From assembly GCA_905199445.1 (NCBI GenBank), contig CAJKGK010000001.1, positions 91,059-155,058 on the forward strand: a stretch of DNA of 64,000 bases, given 5' to 3'. Below the pieces are notes generated by a model. That model was given only the letters and a program-made list of their open reading frames with translations. It made no database searches and was not told where the DNA came from. The stretch comes from an uncultured Lachnospiraceae bacterium. Its GTDB lineage: Bacteria > Bacillota > Clostridia > Lachnospirales > Lachnospiraceae. Of this stretch, positions 19,733-29,000 are shown one piece after another; position 1 is the first letter of the stretch; each line of letters begins with the position of its first letter. The position numbers and the translations under genes were made by a program.

Positions 19733-21457
19733 TTAAGCTTTCCCGTCTTTCTTTTCCCCCTGAAACACAATATACGGAAATACCATATCCACCTGTGCCC
19801 CCGCCGACCTACGGTTGCAAAATGAAAAATATGGCTGCTTGTACACATGCCTGGCCCGCATAATCACATTGGCAATACCGATATGTTCCCCTTCTTTTTC
19901 CAGATAACCATCCAAATCCTGCAAAATATTGAGAATATCTTTGGAAAAGCCGCTGCCACTATCCCATATGCAAACCTTTACCATTTCCTGCCCATCCCTG
20001 ATCGTCTTTTCCACCTCTATATGAATTTCCAAAATTTGTCCCATGCGCACTTCATACTTTATGGTATTTTCCACAAAATTTAAAAACATCAGCGGAATAA
20101 CTGTGGCCCTGGTCAAATCATCGGGACAGCTGCACACATAACGAATACTATAAGGATAGCGAATTCCCGATAATTCAATATAATTTTCCACCAGCTGCAG
20201 TTCCTCCTGCAAAGAAACCGTCTGTCCGGACGAAAGAATAAACCGAAGGTGACGGCTTAAATCTTTCAGCATTTTTCTTGCCAGATCAAAATGCCCGGTT
20301 TCTGTAAGCTGATAAGTTGTATTCAGACAATTAATCATAAAATGAGGTGTAATCTGCTGCTTCAGGTACTGGGCCTCCAAGCGCTGTTTCTGAAGTTTAC
20401 GTTCATAGACATGAATTTTAAGATCCTCAATCTCAGACACCATGTCATTAAATGCGCTGGTCATGTTCTGAAACTCATCCAGCTGATTTGAAACCGGCAC
20501 ATAGGTTTTAAGGTCACCGCTGCGCAGCCGCTCAATGGCATCGGTCAAAGCACGCACAGGCGTTAAAATCCAACGCTTCATCACGACCACAAAGATCAGC
20601 CAGATCAGCCCCAGACCGAAAAAAACAATAATAATGACCTGAACCATATCACTTCCATTATTGGAAAACTCACTTTCCGGCACAAGGCTTGTCAGATATA
20701 AGGGCGCACTCTCCAGCATTTTAGAAACAGACAGCATCTTCTGTTCTTCGATCAGTTCCCGTTCATAAGGATTCTTTTTTTCCTCCGGCGGCGTCATCCT
20801 CAGTGGTTCCACACCATTTCTTAAAAGTTGTCCATCAGGTGTCACAAAATACAGACTGCCGTTAGTTTTTCCGTTCTGTGCCAGAAGCTCCAGCAATGTT
20901 TCCATACCGGTCCAGGCCCCTACATAGGTTTCTCCAATATGAAGAACCCTCATAAAATAATAAGCCCCTGCTTCTTTGATTACGGTCCAGTCCGCAAGAT
21001 TAATCGTTTCATCCTCAATGGCACCTTTAATCCGTTTCTTAAAATCAATTCCTGTGATTGATGCATTGCCGGAACCAGTAACATAAGTGTCTTTTTCAGG
21101 GATATAACAAAAAATCTCATCCATTGTATAGGTTGCCACAGCATTTTGCAGACTGTTTCGCAGCTGATAAAGTGCATTAAACCATTCCGTTGTGTTCATA
21201 TCCATATATTTTAGAGAAATCAGGCTCCCATTATTCGTTGATGTGGTATACAAATAAGTTTCGCTGCGCTCCAATACCTCATCCAGATGCTTCTGATAAA
21301 GCGCCAGCGTATCTTCTGTGTTACTGTACACTTTTTTCAAAAGCAACGTATAGGCCGAATAATTATTGTAGGCAACCAGGCCAATCATTAGCACAACCAT
21401 GGTCAGAAGAAGCAGTACTGATCTGAAACGCAATGAATTTAATTTCAGCTTTTTCAT
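19733..21457 (-). CDS. sensor histidine kinase (YesM-like: 2 TM, HAMP, His_kinase, HATPase)
   Basis: 574 aa with N-terminal TM, second TM near residue 280, and the kinase core after it. Confidence 0.85.
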   Translation of the reverse strand: MKKLKLNSLRFRSVLLLLTMVVLMIGLVAYNNYSAYTLLLKKVYSNTEDTLALYQKHLDEVLERSETYLYTTSTNNGSLISLKYMDMNTTEWFNALYQLRNSLQNAVATYTMDEIFCYIPEKDTYVTGSGNASITGIDFKKRIKGAIEDETINLADWTVIKEAGAYYFMRVLHIGETYVGAWTGMETLLELLAQNGKTNGSLYFVTPDGQLLRNGVEPLRMTPPEEKKNPYERELIEEQKMLSVSKMLESAPLYLTSLVPESEFSNNGSDMVQVIIIVFFGLGLIWLIFVVVMKRWILTPVRALTDAIERLRSGDLKTYVPVSNQLDEFQNMTSAFNDMVSEIEDLKIHVYERKLQKQRLEAQYLKQQITPHFMINCLNTTYQLTETGHFDLARKMLKDLSRHLRFILSSGQTVSLQEELQLVENYIELSGIRYPYSIRYVCSCPDDLTRATVIPLMFLNFVENTIKYEVRMGQILEIHIEVEKTIRDGQEMVKVCIWDSGSGFSKDILNILQDLDGYLEKEGEHIGIANVIMRARHVYKQPYFSFCNRRSAGAQVDMVFPYIVFQGEKKDGKA

Positions 21458-21477
21458 ATGATTTCCCCTACCAAATC

Positions 21478-22485
21478 TTATTTGACCGTACTGGATCGGA
21501 CAATCAGCTCTGTTCCGATTCTCACATGGCGAAACCTCGCCCCCGGGTGCTCCATATTATAAATCAGTTCCTCTACACATACAGCCGCCAGCTCCGGCTC
21601 AAAGGTATGCACACTGGTCAGCGGCGGCTCTAACAGTGTGGAAAACGGCTGGTCATCAAAACCGGTAACAGCAATATCTTTTCCCGGGATCTGATGATAA
21701 CTGCGCATCACACGCATCAGGGAAGCCGCAGCAAAATCATTGTCACACACAAACGCGGTCGCTTGTGGCTGACTTTCGCCAAACCACTGTGTGATACCAC
21801 TGATCATATTTTCTGCATCCATAAATTTTTCCTGATCACTGACATCCAAAAAATCTGAAAATTCCAGCCCCAGACGCGCGGATCCGTTTTTACATGCCAT
21901 GAAACGTTCAAGGCCGACATTTCCGCAAAGAGAACGGATATAGCCGATTTTCCTGTGGCCGAGACCATCCAGATGTTTCAGCACAGAAAAAATCCCATAA
22001 TAATTATCATGGGAAACCGTAGTCACCGGCAGCTCTTCCAGCCCATTGCCGGCCACAACAAAGGGAATCCTGCCGTGGCAATACTGCTTCAGCTGTTCGG
22101 CCCGCATCCCGCCGCCAAGTAAAATGTAACCGTCTGCAGCGCTTCTTGGGGGCTGTCCAGGTTCCACAGGCCCAAAGGGTCCTGACGGCGTATAGCCTTT
22201 TTTTGTAATTCGTGCAGCTGCTGCATCCACAAACTGAGAATAATAGGAAAAAGTATCCTTTGGTGAAGGACTATAACCATAATAAGTATAATCGATGATC
22301 TCAATCACACCTTTTGTCTGTGCTCCACTCAGTCTGCTCATATCATAACCCCGTTTTCTGGCTTCTGCCAGAATCCGTCCTCTTGTCTCCTCGGAAATTC
22401 CAGACTTTCCCCGCAGAGCCACAGAAACCGATGCCGTACTCACACCCAGAGCATCTGCCAGTTCCTTCATAGATATTCCTGCCAT
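21478..22485 (-). CDS. LacI family transcriptional regulator
   Basis: HTH_LacI (MKELADALGVSTASVSVAL) plus a periplasmic-binding-fold domain. Start set at MAGISMKELA (22485) with GGAGG 10 nt upstream; the longer ORF-caller extension is rejected. Confidence 0.8.
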   Translation of the reverse strand: MAGISMKELADALGVSTASVSVALRGKSGISEETRGRILAEARKRGYDMSRLSGAQTKGVIEIIDYTYYGYSPSPKDTFSYYSQFVDAAAARITKKGYTPSGPFGPVEPGQPPRSAADGYILLGGGMRAEQLKQYCHGRIPFVVAGNGLEELPVTTVSHDNYYGIFSVLKHLDGLGHRKIGYIRSLCGNVGLERFMACKNGSARLGLEFSDFLDVSDQEKFMDAENMISGITQWFGESQPQATAFVCDNDFAAASLMRVMRSYHQIPGKDIAVTGFDDQPFSTLLEPPLTSVHTFEPELAAVCVEELIYNMEHPGARFRHVRIGTELIVRSSTVK

Positions 22486-22640
22486 AAAGCGCCTGCCTCC
22501 TTCATACTGGGATATATGAAAGCTGCCGCATAAAGCGGTCAACAGAATAAGTACCACTGTAGACGCCTGACGCGGCAGCACCGTTTTATCTTTTTAAAGT
22601 TTATCATACTTGTATGGTAATGGCAAAATAAATCTTAAAT

Positions 22641-24266
22641 TTAGCAGGCCTCCACTAAAAGCAGCCAGTCTTTGCCATCCGGGCGGGCAGGGGCATCCCA
22701 GCTGCCGTTTTCAGGTATCAATGAATCACAGGCCATCTTATACGATCCGGTTCTCGGATCAAACCACCGTGCCTTATACGTAGCCGGGTTCATATGTTCA
22801 ATCCTGCATCCGCCTCTTGTATGCGCATTATAATAAATAATATAGCGCTTCTTATCCGTGCTTACCGTTGCCAGTGGATCAAACATGGTGGGATAATTGC
22901 TGGCATCCGCAGAAATTCCAAAAGGAGAGATTGAAGCAACCGCAACAGGCTGCATGGACTCAAAATGATTATCTTCATAAAACTGACGCATATACCCCAT
23001 CTGAACGGCTCCGATTCCGTCAACCGCCTGATACCATGGAATCCCAAAACGATTAAAAACATTCAATGGTTCCGCCTGTTTGGGCACTTCCCACACATTA
23101 TCCCATATGCCCTGTGCACCGTAGGTATAGCCACAGGCACCGCACTGTATGGCCGTATAGGCTACCCTGCGCACCATATCCGCTGTACACAGCCGCGTTC
23201 CGTTTTCTTCCAGAGTGGAACAAAATTCATAAAGACTTTCCCCTTCAATATACGGCTTGTCCGGATGTTCCCTGCGGTAATTGTAAAAGTCCAGGGCACT
23301 GATGGGAAAATCACCGTGACCCGCCTGATTTAACGTAAAATCATACCAGTCTTCATCATAATAATAATCTGAAAACGGACGATGATTATCATAATGAGCG
23401 GTCTGAAGGGTATGATAACTGTCATTTTGAGAAATATATAAGGCCACCTCACGCCAGTCATGAATCAGCCGGGAACGCATAGGATCCGGCGCATATCCGG
23501 CCACCTCTCCCGCCAGTGTCCACACAATGGGAAGAGCTCCGTAGCGGGCCATCATATATCTTGCCATATTTTTCCACAAATCAATATGATCAATCACAGA
23601 CATAAACCAGGCAAAGCCCAGGGCATTGACAAGTCCCAGATCGGCAAGATAGTACATTCGCCGATCCAGTTCATTTTGGTAAAACGCCACATTTGGCAGT
23701 ATTCCCAGTTTTCCCTTCACCCAGTACTTACATTCCTGATTTCCCCAGTTGGGATCACTGCGCAGGTTGGTCTGATAAACCGTAAACCCCTGCGCCACAC
23801 GGCGGTCCGCCATCCCCTTAAACATACTGTCCATCTCCGGATGATTGGATTCATCCCAACGCTCGCCGTATGCAAAGGCCCAGTGAGTATCTCCCAGCCA
23901 GAAAAACGGTGTCTGATCCTGATAAGTCAAAAAGCGCCCTGACGCATCCACACGCAGAAAACCGTGTTTATAAATAGGCAGCGCGCCGGTATACGGTTCA
24001 ACAAAGACTTCCCCGGTCTCTTTATTAATTCCGGTTTCTTCCGGTGCAGTTACATTCCAACGCCACACCCCCTCAGCCGTAGGCGCAAAGGCAAATTTAT
24101 ACATATGTCCCCCATCCCAATAAGCTTCTCTTACAATACACTGTCCGTCTGGCCCGGTAAATGCAGCCTTAATGCTAACATCCAAAAATGGATTTTCATA
24201 ATCACAGCCGATTTCATAAGTAATGATGACCTGACGCCACGTCTGTGTATGCATTGTCTGTTTCAT
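22641..24266 (-). CDS. DUF4038/DUF5060-type glycoside hydrolase (GH140 apiosidase-like)
   Basis: The PFFWLGDTHW motif is characteristic of the DUF4038 TIM-barrel hydrolase. 541 aa. Confidence 0.65.
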   Translation of the reverse strand: MKQTMHTQTWRQVIITYEIGCDYENPFLDVSIKAAFTGPDGQCIVREAYWDGGHMYKFAFAPTAEGVWRWNVTAPEETGINKETGEVFVEPYTGALPIYKHGFLRVDASGRFLTYQDQTPFFWLGDTHWAFAYGERWDESNHPEMDSMFKGMADRRVAQGFTVYQTNLRSDPNWGNQECKYWVKGKLGILPNVAFYQNELDRRMYYLADLGLVNALGFAWFMSVIDHIDLWKNMARYMMARYGALPIVWTLAGEVAGYAPDPMRSRLIHDWREVALYISQNDSYHTLQTAHYDNHRPFSDYYYDEDWYDFTLNQAGHGDFPISALDFYNYRREHPDKPYIEGESLYEFCSTLEENGTRLCTADMVRRVAYTAIQCGACGYTYGAQGIWDNVWEVPKQAEPLNVFNRFGIPWYQAVDGIGAVQMGYMRQFYEDNHFESMQPVAVASISPFGISADASNYPTMFDPLATVSTDKKRYIIYYNAHTRGGCRIEHMNPATYKARWFDPRTGSYKMACDSLIPENGSWDAPARPDGKDWLLLVEAC

Positions 24267-24373
24267 GAAAAAACCTCCTCCTGACAGGGTCTTTTAACCC
24301 TAACCTTATATCTGAAGTATATCAAATATTAGGTTTAAATGTCAATATTTTTAGTTTATTTTAAGTTATTTAT

Positions 24374-24402
24374 ATTGACGTTAGGCTAATAAAAATGTAT
24401 AC
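24374..24402 (+). promoter_or_regulatory. sigma-A-like promoter of the alpha/beta-hydrolase gene
   Basis: TTGACG (24374-24379), 17 nt, TATACT (24397-24402). The -35 overlaps an inverted repeat TGTCAATAT/ATATTGACG. Confidence 0.4.
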
Positions 24403-24474
24403 TATCATTGAAATGATCCATTCACAGTAACTGTAAATTTTCAATTATATATCATTTAATCAGGGGGTATTACA

Positions 24475-25941
24475 ATGATTACACAATTAAAACTTATTCC
24501 GGTTGTCAACGGAGAACATCCTTTTGCCGCTGCCGCCGAAAAATGCGGGTTTACTTCCATTGGATATGTGGAGGATGAATATTTCATGACCGGAACCGCC
24601 AATATATACGGCGAAAACCCAGATCAGACACCTTTCATTCAAATACCTGATGCACCTTACACGACACGGCTTTTAGTCCGCCGTCCCAAAGACCCTGCCC
24701 ATTTCAGCGGAAATATTGTGATCGAAATTCTCAATGCCACAGCAATGATCGATATTGACCGCATGTGGGTGAATTCATGGAAATTCTTTACCCGCAACGG
24801 AGATATTTATATCGGCATTACAAGTAAAGGTCAGGTGGTGGATGCTCTTAAAAAATTTAATCCGGACAGATATGCACCGATCAACTGGAGCAACCCGGAT
24901 CCTGACCGGATACCGCCTAAAGAGGTCAAAAATGTGCCGATGATGTTTATGGAACAATACGAAAGCGGTCTTTTCTGGGATATGCTCATCGATCTCGCCC
25001 GGCTGCTTCGCCGGGATGATTCCCAAAACCCGCTTTCCTTTTACTCAAAAGCCCATCTGTTCCTCACCGGCTGGTCCCAGTCCGGCGGTTATATTGCACG
25101 GATTCTCCATTCCTTTGCCTATTTGCCGGAAATCGAAAAGGACGGCCCCCTATTTGACGGATATCTTCTGGCCGGCTGCGGCGCCTCTGATGCCCCGATG
25201 AACGCTTACAGTTCCGCCTTCCGTTTCGGTCAAAGCGGCATTCCTATGGGCAGTATTCTGGGCGGAAAGGAACCGGTCATTGCCATTAACACAGAAAGCG
25301 AAAACAAATATGCCTACTGGTACGGTGATTTCGATGAACCGGATTTTAAGTTCCGTACATGGCAAATACCGGCCTCCAGTCACGATACAGCCTATAACCT
25401 TCTCGAATATTATGAAGGCTATCAAAGAGAAGATTTAAATCGAATCGGCATTGGCAACGTATGGGAAGGCTGTATGGGAGAACCGATGGATTGCCCGTAC
25501 GAACCGATTTTTAATGCAGCCTTTTACCACCTTTATAACTGGGCCATTCATGGTATTCCTGCCCCCCACGCCCCCAAAATCCAGACCTGCATAACCTATC
25601 AAAGCAGTTTGGTTGGAGGCTTTTTCGGAAATCGTGTAAAAAATCTTACCGACGCCTTCGGGAATGCTATAGGCGGCATCCGCCATCCGGCCGTAGACTG
25701 TCCGACCGGTACCTACACCAGTTACAGTCAGACTGCCAGCGGCGGCATTCAGGAAATGTTTGGTCATGTGATGCCTTTTGACAGCAGTAAGCTTAAAGCC
25801 ATCTATGGCGATCTGGAAAACTATGAAAAACAGGCCGCCCAGAGTGCAGACCGGGACGTCGCTGGCGGCTTTATCCTCAAAGAAGACCGGGACGAACTAA
25901 TTCGCCGCGTTGTGGAAACAGCCAAAAGGCGGGGGCTGTAA
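24475..25941 (+). CDS. alpha/beta-hydrolase fold protein, function unknown (possible esterase)
   Basis: 488 aa. Nucleophile-elbow-like G-W-S-Q-S-G-G. GGGGG RBS. No confident family. Confidence 0.6.
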   Translation: MITQLKLIPVVNGEHPFAAAAEKCGFTSIGYVEDEYFMTGTANIYGENPDQTPFIQIPDAPYTTRLLVRRPKDPAHFSGNIVIEILNATAMIDIDRMWVNSWKFFTRNGDIYIGITSKGQVVDALKKFNPDRYAPINWSNPDPDRIPPKEVKNVPMMFMEQYESGLFWDMLIDLARLLRRDDSQNPLSFYSKAHLFLTGWSQSGGYIARILHSFAYLPEIEKDGPLFDGYLLAGCGASDAPMNAYSSAFRFGQSGIPMGSILGGKEPVIAINTESENKYAYWYGDFDEPDFKFRTWQIPASSHDTAYNLLEYYEGYQREDLNRIGIGNVWEGCMGEPMDCPYEPIFNAAFYHLYNWAIHGIPAPHAPKIQTCITYQSSLVGGFFGNRVKNLTDAFGNAIGGIRHPAVDCPTGTYTSYSQTASGGIQEMFGHVMPFDSSKLKAIYGDLENYEKQAAQSADRDVAGGFILKEDRDELIRRVVETAKRRGL

Positions 25942-25964
25942 CATCAAAGCAGACAACAGATCAT

Positions 25965-26040
25965 AAAAAGAACGCCCTCCTAAGTCACAAGCCTTTATCA
26001 TTTGGCTTGTCTGCTTAGAAGGGCGTTCTTCACTTTTTTG
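25965..26040. terminator. bidirectional terminator between convergent hydrolase and ATPase genes
   Basis: Perfect 11-bp stem AAGAACGCCCT (25969-25979) / AGGGCGTTCTT (26020-26030), A-run before and T6 after. Confidence 0.6.
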
Positions 26041-26046
26041 TACTTC

Positions 26047-29000
26047 CTATTCTAAACCACTTAAATATGCCTTTAATGCATCAACATCCGGTGATGTATA
26101 TGGCTTAATTCTCAGTTTTTCCCGCACACCATCTGTAAAATATACAGTGTTGTCTCTTAACCCTGAAATGGAAGGTTCGTCAAGCAAAAATTGTGCATCC
26201 CCCTGAGAAAGGGAGAAGACGATCCGTTCCGGGAAGTTTTTGATCACATTATTTCCATAGGAACACATGGAGTCTTTGACCGTCTGATATTCCAGAGCAG
26301 ACACAACAAAGCAAATGCCATACATGGATCCACTTTCCATCAGTTTAATCAGCTTATCCCCCACGGGCATGGTATCTTTATGCGTTTTCGGGCCAGAAAG
26401 AATATGATCAAAGTTAAACGCAGCCATAGGGTCAGAAAAATCCCCGTTTTCCTGTTCCGGCTCATCATCCAGATAATCGCTGCGCTCCACCGGATCACCA
26501 TTAAACATCATTTCCACAATATCCAAAAACTGAAGGTTTTTGAAAATCACAAAAATCTGCTCTTTTTTATTCTTTTTCTTTCTAAGTTGGAACTCATCAT
26601 ACACATCATCGATCATGCGGATGATACTTCCCCGATCTTCTGCCAGCGTCAATCGTCCGCTCCAGTCTGACAGAAGATGATAAAACGGTCTTGAGGTTTC
26701 GTCATCAACCATTAGATCGCCATCGGCACAGTATACCAAAGCATTACGGTTTAAAAGCGCACTGATCATATAATTATCAATGATCCGGCCTGCCATCTTC
26801 ACATCAGTGCCGCATACAAGTAAGTTATGCTTCCGCTTTTTATCAATAACGATTTTATAAGGCGGTGCAACCTTAATCGGTACACCCAGATGAATACATG
26901 CCGGGAATTCATCGGTCATTCCAATCCCCTGTACACGGAAATAATCCAGCAATTTTTCGGTTCGTTTACCTTCAAAAACCTGAAGTCGGGCCGGATAGTC
27001 TTTAAACTGATCACTGATCATCTTGAGATATTCATGCTGCGTCTCATCATCTAAATATGCGACTCTGAATCCCATCGCAGGCTTTTCCGTATAATCCGGA
27101 TTCATCACCGCGGTTCCCACAGGTCCCTTCATCATTGTCTGAATCTTTCCGCAGTCTTCATTTCCAAACAAATACCGGATATCTGATTCCCCACATTTTA
27201 AGCCTACACGAATAAGCATCTGCTCCGCAATGCCGGAAATCAAAGTCATATTGGATATACTTCTCATGGACTGGGTAGCCATCAGCAGATGAATTCCAAA
27301 AGCACGGCCTTCCGTCACAATACGCTTAGCCAGCTCGGAACAATGCTCCGCAACCTTTCTGTTGGCAGCATCATTAAACAGAACCTGGAATTCATCAATA
27401 ATAACCAGGATTCTAGGCATAGGCTTGCCGGTTACACTTACGTAATCTTTAACGGCCGTTACCCCGCCGCCTTCTTCTTTAAACAATTCCGCTCTGTGTT
27501 CCATTTCCTGAACAAGACTTTCCAGAATACTTTCACCAAATTCCTGCATGGCATCCAGAGCCAGCAGACGGATATGGGGAAGTTTTTCAGACTCATAAAT
27601 TTTAAATTCTGTTCCGCTTTTAAAATCCATAAGATAAAGCTGAAGCTGATCCGGGCTGTAATTAAGCATACTGCTCATGATCACTGTATGTAACAGCGTG
27701 GATTTACCGGAACCGGTAGCACCCGCAATCAGACCATGATGAGAAGACCCTTCCCCCATCACCATGTTTACAGCCGCATCCCGGTCGCCGATACCTACCG
27801 GAATGGAAAGCTTGCCAAAGGACTGCGCCTTAAACAGTTCTTTTGGAAGAATATCTGAAAATGAAATGCCCTGACGTTTGATTTTGCCTAACTTTTTCAC
27901 ATATGCTGACATAAACTGTTCCATTTCCAGGTCAGATGGAAGCCCTGTAATACTTACCGGGTAATCATACGGCATTAAACAATACCGGCCATTTTTATAT
28001 GCGATTTGTTCACAGCCTTTTTTAATTTCTGAAAGATGCTGTTCTGTATGATCATAGATCGAATAAGAAATTTCCGGGTTATGGCAAATCAGCACATAAA
28101 CGCCGCACCGTTTTCCGTTCTGTACGATATTTTGCAAAAGTTCCAGATTCCTTTTATCCATACCACTTGGAAAATCATATAAAACCAAAAGTGTGGCTGC
28201 TTCACTGCGATTTGGCGTATTTTTATTATATTCCCAGAAATCCCCATACCGGTTTCCCAGCTTATCCTGAATAAATTCATCGATCTGCTGGTTCAGTTTT
28301 TTCAGCCGCTCATACATATCTTCCTGGGCCGTATATATTTTTTCGTCAAACGCATCCGGACAGCGCTTTTTAAAATCCAGAAATGGTATAATGCTGTTTC
28401 CCCGCTGCCTGCCGTCAAAAACACAAATATTCACCTTGCCCACAGGCAGTGATGATAAAAATGTCCATATCACATGATGCGTAAAATCCAGGATTTCCCG
28501 GCTGTATTCAGAGGGACATTCCAGGAAAAAATCAAGCCCCTGTCTAAGATCCATCATCATGGGAAGCTGTATCTGCCAAAGGCCGTTCTGCTGACTGGGC
28601 TCTGTGCCAAAAAATTCCAGCATCTGATGATAAGCGCTGCTTGAGGAAAATAGTGAAGCCGGATAATCAACCATGCCAATGGCCACTTCCTGAGGAAAAG
28701 CATTGCCTGCGCCTAAAGCCTGAGTTTTTTGACTCCACATATGTTTCAACTGATAAAGCTGGGCCACTGCAGCATCGACCTCAGCGGCCTGTTTTGAAAA
28801 AATAATTTTATACAGCAATGGGGAAAATACGCCCCCCTGATCTGACGAATCTTGTGAATATAAACTATATTTTTCTAGAAAATGCTTTGCTTTTTCATCG
28901 TCCATACTGCAATGAAGATCATACCAACAGCCGTCCATCAAAAACTCCGATGACCGCTGGATAATTATTTTTGACAAACGCCAGATTTCATCCATATCTT

